Part shown: piece after piece, positions 55,799-64,000 of the stretch
Numbering within the stretch: position 1 is the first letter of the stretch
How the letters are laid out: every line of letters begins with the position of its first letter
Assembly: GCF_964355755.1 (NCBI RefSeq)
Contig: NC_092674.1
Coordinates: 10,478,001 to 10,542,000 of the forward strand
DNA length: 64,000 nucleotides
Direction of reading: 5' to 3'
Source of the DNA: Antedon mediterranea
Taxonomy: Eukaryota > Animalia > Echinodermata
Notes under the pieces: model-generated
What the model saw: only the letters and a program-made list of their open reading frames with translations
Database searches by the model: none
Told to the model about the DNA's origin: nothing
Made by a program: the position numbers and the translations under genes

Positions 55799-58598
55799 CG
55801 TGGGCTTAGAGTCAGAACTGTCTATGTCCAAAATTGACGTTTTGAGAAAAAGAGGTTTTAAAGTTTGATCATGTCTTACAAATCAAAAAATCTAGGCTAA
55901 ACAATAATACTCAAGCAATATGTTACTAATACTCAGTCAAAGTTGATGTTTGGACCTCATACTCGTTCTTCACTTGGGTGGGCCAAAAATCATAAAAAAT
56001 GGACATAACCAGTTCTGGTCGGAAAAAAAAATAACACAATGGACATAATCAAAGTCAGACATAGTACTATTTTGGTTCAATTATCAACAATGTATTTTAT
56101 TAAAGTAACACAGGGGCAGCATTGACTCGAATGCATTATCCCTACAAGACCATGTTGTGATTCCAACCTTCTGATTGGTCACGTGGGATTTAATTATTCG
56201 TTTCATTGAAGAAAAAAAGTACTATTGCACGGCTGACGTCACTTTCCGTTTATTGTTTTCATTTCGCAATGCAATAGTGTTTTCTGTTAAAAGAACTGAG
56301 AAACGTGCCTGACACGTACATGTTGATGACAGAAGAACACTAGCTTAAACAAGTTAAACAACATACATGTTTCTATTGTACAATTTTCATATAGCAGATA
56401 AACACCTAAATTTTTAAAAACTTTTTTTGCTAACACTTTAGACAATGACATCATCATCGTCGTCTTCTCCAGAATCTTCTACCGCTGGTTCTGGTAAGCA
56501 GTCTTTGGCTCGGTTACATGTATCCAATGTTTTATACCAGCCGTGGAACTCTTCCGGAATGGCTAGCTGGGTGCACAGTTTGACCAGGTCATTCTTCTTC
56601 AACACACTGATGGCATGTCTGTTCTTATAGGCTTGTGGTAGAACATCAGTTGGAACAACATTTCGGCCACGCCCATAAACACATAACCGCTTGAAATCAT
56701 CTGTGTAATTGTATCTATAAAAAATAATTCCTGGCTCATCCTTCTTGTATCTGAAGCTCTTGACAAGAAGCCAGTTGACGACATTGCCATCCTCATCACG
56801 TCGTTTGTTTTTCACAAGCTGTTGTGCAATTTTCTGGAGGTCATAGAAGTCATGATGTTTTAAGTTTACCACGTTGTATGGACGTCGGCGTCTAGCTCGG
56901 CGGAAGGTAGAGAGCCAGTCGTGCATAGTAAAGATGTCAACGTGTTTCTGTTCACTTTCAATCGCTGAGTGCATACTGTCACATTCCATATGGGAATGTC
57001 CACTCTCCAGGAAATTGTGTGTGATAATCTGAAGATGTGTATTCTTCACAGCATACAAAAACATTGCTGCGACATTCTGGTTTCGATTCTGACCTCCGCA
57101 TGTATCTGAGAATAAGGATACCTCAGTTATTACTTCTGGCAATTGGCTTATCCATTTATAAAGGCATGTTCCAATGTCATTGCTTCCACGTTTGCCCTCG
57201 ACCTCTGACCAGCAGTAACAGCATGCATCATTAGGTGGGGCATGACTGTAAACACAAAGGTTAAACACGCATATTTTACGGCTGTAATACATTAAGGAGT
57301 GTGCACTTTTTGGAAGCTGCAGAACACTTTGAAGGTCAAAAGAGGCGGTTGCAAAATTGTCTTCAGCAACTGCTCTGGCTTTGTCAACCTTTTTTGCCTC
57401 CTGAGCCTCTTTTTTTCTTTTAAGGTGGCCATCATACTCCTCTTGGAATTTCAATTTATCTTCTCCTGACATCTGTTTGTATTTGATACATTGTCCACAC
57501 TGGTCTTTTTTGGGATGAAAGAAAGACAGGTTGTATTCCTCACAAAATATCTTGCGATATATGCCTTGTTTGACAGGAATGACAGGAGGAACAGCCATCT
57601 CACACTGTTCATTGTACAAGCTGTACATTTTTGAAATGTTCAACGTTTGATTCAGATAAAGTCGGCGTGTGTTACTTCGCGTGTAATGCGATTCAATTAC
57701 CGGAAAGCTCTCGATGTGTCTTCTAACTATTGATGCGGCTTCACCAGTAGTTTTGTTGATGGGAACATGTTTACCACGCTTGTCCTCACCAATAAAGGTC
57801 CCAGCATCTCCTAGATCCTGAAAAGCAGAGTGCAGCGGGCCATGGCTAATATGAAGAGTTTTAAGAAAAAAACATTTGCAGACGCGTGTCTGGTCACCAT
57901 TTTTCAAGAAAGAGTATGTATAGGTTTTACTCTTCCTTACACGTCTACGTTCTGCTCTAGGACGTTTACGCTGTATGTCGTGCCCTTTTATGTTTGACAA
58001 CAAGAAATCCCTCTGACGTGTGTAGTCACCTAGCTGCCAATATTCCTTGCATATGGCCAACCTGTCTATCTCAGCAAAGTTATCTGAACACTTGAACTTA
58101 CAGTTCGCACAATCCACTGGCTGTGGACTCTTTGCCGATTTCTGTCGTCCTCTTGTGTCGGTATAGGCATGACCATTGATGCGTGCCTGTTTTCTGATGT
58201 TTTTAACCCAAGAATCTGGGTCAGACTTTCTCTTTCTTGTACCTCTTTCAACTGGAACGTGTGGTAGTTCCGCCTCTTGACCTTCTTCATGAATTACAGG
58301 CTGTCGCTGCTCCTCATTGACTGGATGTCTGTCTTCTGGTGGTGGTGGTGGTGGTAGTGGCTCCTCTTCAGGAGTAACTTCTTTTTTTTGAGATTGGCGC
58401 CGGAATATAATCCGGGTCATTATCCGAGTCTTCAATTTCCTCATCACTGTCATCAATGTCTAACATTGCTATGACCTGAGACGCATTGTAGGCATTATCT
58501 GAAACGAAAAATATATGTGTATTATAGCTACAATAATATGCCTACTTAGAGTAGGGCACATTCATTTGAGTGAATCAATTATTTTAAAATAATAATAA
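55799..58598 (-). mobile_element. Sola1-type DNA transposon with only one terminus retained
   Basis: Sequence departs from the ZNF spacer right after ggaatATAT (compare 60200-60220). Subterminal inverted motif cagaactg..tatgtcca / tggacata..cagttctg. The other end is replaced by ZNF sequence. Confidence 0.75.
56438..58456 (-). CDS. Sola1-like DDD/E transposase (672-aa ORF)
   Basis: Motifs RVCKCFFLKTL, ESHYTR, PKKDQCGQC, FDLQSVL, YYSRK, WSEVEGKRGSNDIGTC, FSDTCGGQNRN, FLESGHSHMECDSMHSAIE. Confidence 0.85.
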   Translation of the reverse strand: MMTVMRKLKTRIMTRIIFRRQSQKKEVTPEEEPLPPPPPPEDRHPVNEEQRQPVIHEEGQEAELPHVPVERGTRKRKSDPDSWVKNIRKQARINGHAYTDTRGRQKSAKSPQPVDCANCKFKCSDNFAEIDRLAICKEYWQLGDYTRQRDFLLSNIKGHDIQRKRPRAERRRVRKSKTYTYSFLKNGDQTRVCKCFFLKTLHISHGPLHSAFQDLGDAGTFIGEDKRGKHVPINKTTGEAASIVRRHIESFPVIESHYTRSNTRRLYLNQTLNISKMYSLYNEQCEMAVPPVIPVKQGIYRKIFCEEYNLSFFHPKKDQCGQCIKYKQMSGEDKLKFQEEYDGHLKRKKEAQEAKKVDKARAVAEDNFATASFDLQSVLQLPKSAHSLMYYSRKICVFNLCVYSHAPPNDACCYCWSEVEGKRGSNDIGTCLYKWISQLPEVITEVSLFSDTCGGQNRNQNVAAMFLYAVKNTHLQIITHNFLESGHSHMECDSMHSAIESEQKHVDIFTMHDWLSTFRRARRRRPYNVVNLKHHDFYDLQKIAQQLVKNKRRDEDGNVVNWLLVKSFRYKKDEPGIIFYRYNYTDDFKRLCVYGRGRNVVPTDVLPQAYKNRHAISVLKKNDLVKLCTQLAIPEEFHGWYKTLDTCNRAKDCLPEPAVEDSGEDDDDDVIV

Positions 58599-58760
58599 TG
58601 GGTCTTCTTCTTTGTCTTTTCTCACTAAATTTGTTTTAAAATCATCTTCACATAATCTTGTCTCGTTGTAGTTTTCACACTCTTTTGTATGTATTCCTAA
58701 ATGCACCTTCAAATAAATTAACTAAAATTTATCTCCACAATGTTCACATTTGTATTCCAT
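58599..58760 (-). pseudogene. C2H2 ZNF copy 4: 5' fragment only, with a premature TAG at codon 13
   Basis: Matches 54234-54395 closely; GAG>TAG at 58722-58724; truncated at ...DKEEDP where it joins transposon intron sequence. Confidence 0.88.
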
Positions 58761-60869
58761 GATGTTTTTCGTTCTTGTAAAAACGTATAACTGCATTAAC
58801 AGTATCTTTGTTATTTTGTGTGAAGAGCTCAGTTATATACTGCAGTTTAACTGCTGGCTGGTTGTAAAGGCGGTAATCCTCCCGGGTCCGCAAAATGCGA
58901 TCCACTTCGCGGACGTGCGCATTCCCTTGTATTTTTGTGGAGCGGAAAATTATAGTGTAACTACCTCTTTATGACGGATAATTCGCGGCGTTCTAAAAAT
59001 GGACCTCAAAAAGAATATTATTTTCATTTCCCAATTGTGCACAATAGGCCTAATCCATGCCTCGGTCTTTCTTAAGGAGTACTTGTATACTTGAAAAAGT
59101 AATGTAGGAGATAGATAGGCTGATTGTAATCAATAAAAAATACTCTAGTCCGATTGACAACGCAAAGTTGTATTTTTGTTTGAAGGTTAATAAAAAAGAC
59201 TTTGAATATGTCATTATTCTACTTTCGTAGAAAAAAACTGTTTAAAAATCAATTTGTGACTTATAAAAAGACAAAATAAACCGTTAAATTCAACCAAAAC
59301 CCATCAATTTGAGTATTTTTTGCTTTAAATTTCAAGGTACTATAAGTGTTTTCAGCTCAAATTGTTGGTCAAAGTGAATCCATTATTATGTGACATTAAA
59401 ATTATTATAAAAAAGAGGGACAATATATCTTTAATATCAAAAATACATTATTATTATTTAAATTTATTTATTAAAACAAACTTGCAGTAAAAGCTAAATT
59501 GTTACAATATTTATACAAAATATAAAATGAATTAAAAGTTATAACAAACATATTTAAACATCAAGAATAAAAAAAAATTAAAAGCAGGTTTTCATTTGAA
59601 CGTACAGTCAGCCTATTGCACGCAAGTTGTATAACATGAATGGAACATAAAAAAGGTAACAAGAACATCATAGTCATTGTATTCATACAAAAGTGACGGT
59701 AGTTCGCGGTTCAGCTGGGTTACATTTTCCTCATATTACACAACCTTTCATGCGGCAGGGTAAGTAAGATATAATGACATGGTGCCAACGGGTTATTTAA
59801 TTTACTTGCAAAGTGTCATAGCATTAGTAATATATTGAAAAGACACTAATTCCCTCAAATAGTTAAATTTGCTGATGACATTCACACAAGTGTCATAGGC
59901 ACAATCCCTAACAATTATGAGAGCACTTACAGGATTGACAATCACAATTTAATTAATTGGTACGGTGCAAGGAGTAATTATTACCTCATGATTGGTGTGA
60001 TAGAAATTGTCTGAACATAAATGGCCATAGATAAAAATTGTCATAGAATACTAACACCGACATGGTGTATGCGAAAGCCAACCAAAGACTGTACATTTTT
60101 TATATACAAATTAACTGTGTAACTTTTATTAAATATTAGGAGGCAAACATACATTAGGCAGTGATGCTAAAACCTTTGACCACTGGACTTAATGTAGTTT
60201 ACCAAGGAATATATGATGTTGAGGATTCTCAACATATCGTCATTCACGTGAAGTTGTGCAACTAATTTCCATGACGTTTACAATTGCGCAACGTGACTCT
60301 TATTAAACTGTTAAACCTTAAATGAATCGGGTATATTCTACTTTACTTCCAGAGAGGACAAACAAGTGAGATGTATTGGATAAGTTAAACAAAAGTTAAA
60401 TAAAACCAAGAGTAACTATTACTTAATATCTAAAACATATCCGATGTAAAACTAATTACAATAGTGAAACAGTAACAATTACTTCTGCAAAAAGAAATCA
60501 TATACATGTTTGTTTGATAAAGGGGGTCTTAAGGTTTGATTTTAAAAAGAATTTGCAGATTTAAGTTTAGAAGTTGGTTACAAAAAATTGAACAGCAAGC
60601 ATATTATGTGAGGTACAAGTAATGGTATGTAGAGGCTCAGCTGTATTCTAAATGTATGTACACAGTTTTAATGAAAGTACATTATTATAAATGAAAATAC
60701 AGTATTTCTAGTGCAAGTAATGTACAGTGTTCTAAATGTATGCATAGTACTGTATTCTAAATGTATTTACAGTACAGTATTCGAAATTTCTTTAAATTCT
60801 TTCCCACAATGTTCACAATGCTTACATTTTCATAAGGTCTCTCCCGTGTGTATTCTCAAACGATTTTCA

Positions 60870-61921
<1,052 letters not shown>

Positions 61922-64000
61922 GATGTTTTTTGTTCAATCTTGTAAAAATGTATAACTGAATTAACAGTATCTTTATTATTTTGTATGAAGAGCTCAGTTA
62001 TATATACTGCAGTTCTACTGCACCGGTAATCCTCCCGGGTCCGCAAAATGCAATCACTTAGCGGACGTGCGGCATTCCTTTGTATTTTTGGGGAGCGGAA
62101 AATTATAGTGTAACTACCTCTTTATGACGGATAATTCGCGGCGTTCTAAAAATGGATTTCAAAAAGGAATATTATTTTCTTTTCCCAATTCTTCCCAATA
62201 ATCCATGCCTCGGTCTTTTTTAAGGAGTCCTTGTATACTCGAAAAAGTAATGTAGGGGATAGATATTGTAGGTAGGTAGGTATTGTAATCAATAAAAATT
62301 CTTTAGTCCGATTGACAACGCAAAGTTGTATTTTTGTTTGAAGGTTAATAAAAAAGACTTTGAATAGGTCACTATTCTACTTTCGTAAAAACAAAATGTA
62401 AAAAATCAATTTGTGACTTATAACAAAAACAAATAAACCGTTACATTCAACCAAAAACCCAAGCCCATCAATTTGAGTATTTTTTTGCTTTAAATTATAG
62501 TTTTTTTTCAGGTACTATAAGTTTTTTCAGCTCAAATTTTTGGTCAAAGTGAATCCACTATTATGTGACATTAAAAGGGCATACGCCCTATTAAATATAA
62601 AAAAAAGTATAGGCTAAAACATTATTTTTAAGGACAATATATCTTTAATACAAAAAATACAATATTATTATTGAAAGTTCATTTATTAAAACAAACTTGT
62701 AGTGGCAGCAAAAGCTAAATTGTTACAATATTTATAAAATATATAAAATGAATTAAAAATATTAAAAGTTATAACAAACATCAAAAACATATTTAAACAT
62801 TAAGAATAACAAAAATTAAAAGCTGGTTTTCATTAGAACGTACAGTCAGCCTATTGCACGCAAGTTGTATAACATGAATGGAACATCAAAAAGGAAACAA
62901 GAACATCATAGACATTGTATTCCTACAAAAGTGACGGTAGTTCGCGGTGCAGCTGGGTTACATTTTCCTCATATTACACAACCTTTCATGCGGCGGGGTT
63001 GGTAAGAGATAATGACATGGGGTCAACGGGTTATTTAATTTACTTGCAAAGTGTCATAGCATTAGTAATATATTGAAAAGACACTAATTCCCTCAAATAG
63101 TTAAATTTGCTGATGACATTCACACAAGTGTCATAGGCACAATCCCTAACAATTATGAGAGCACTTACAGGATTGACAATCACAATTTAATTAATTGGTA
63201 CGGTGCAAGGAGTAATTATTACCCCATGATTGGTGTGATAGAAATTGTCTGAACATAAATGGCCATAGATAAAAATTGTCATAGAATACTAACACCGACA
63301 TGGTGTATGCGAAAGCCAACCAAAGACTGTACATTTTTTATATACAAATTAACTGTGTAACTTTTATTAAATATTAGGAGGCAAACATACATTAGGCAGT
63401 GATGCTAAAACCTTTGACCACTGGACTTAATGTAGTTTACCAAGGAATATATGATGTTGAGGATTCTCAACATATCGTCATTCACGTGAAGTTGTGCAAC
63501 TAATTTCCATGACGTTTACAATTGCGCAACGTGACTCTTATTAAACTGTTAAACCTTAAATGAATCGGGTATATTCTACTTTACTTCCAGAGAGGACAAA
63601 CAAGTGAGATGTATTGGATAAGTTAAACAAAAGTTAAATAAAACCAAGAGTAACTATTACTTAATATCTAAAACATATCCGATGTAAAACTAATTACAAT
63701 AGTGAAACAGTAACAATTACTTCTGCAAAAAGAAATCATATACATGTTTGTTTGATAAAGGGGGTCTTAAGGTTTGATTTTAAAAAGAATTTGCAGATTT
63801 AAGTTTAGAAGTTGGTTACAAAAAATTGAACAGCAAGCATATTATGTGAGGTACAAGTAATGGTATGTAGAGGCTCAGCTGTATTCTAAATGTATGTACA
63901 CAGTTTTAATGAAAGTACATTATTATAAATGAAAATACAGTATTTCTAGTGCAAGTAATGTACAGTGTTCTAAATGTATGCATAGTACTGTATTCTAAAT

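Overview
AT-rich eukaryotic genomic DNA from an invertebrate animal. Deu-type SINE cores and the repeat families suggest a deuterostome, plausibly an echinoderm; this is inference. It is not prokaryotic, so most short ORFs in the track are spurious. Positions 1-38.4 kb hold the 5' half of a spliced minus-strand APBB/Fe65 gene: five coding exons could be joined in frame (acidic N-terminus, WW domain, most of PID1), and the gene runs off the left edge. Its introns carry a nested antisense Ig-Ig-mucin-TM pseudogene, CR1/L2-group LINE fragments, Kolobok- and Harbinger-like MITEs, SINE remnants, a 20-bp minisatellite and an 82-bp tandem array that resembles a decayed hammerhead ribozyme. At 41.7-47.1 kb lies a 10-exon minus-strand SAM-domain / SAMD3-like gene that the ORF track fragments; this family is associated with CACTA/EnSpm transposons. 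From 48.5 to 64 kb there is a tandem array (about 3.2-kb unit) of intronless C2H2 zinc-finger genes with no effector domain and variable recognition helices. One copy is killed by a LINE. Another is fused by deletion to a one-ended Sola1-type transposon, which leaves a long transposase ORF downstream of a ZNF promoter. All family assignments come from motif recognition and need database confirmation.
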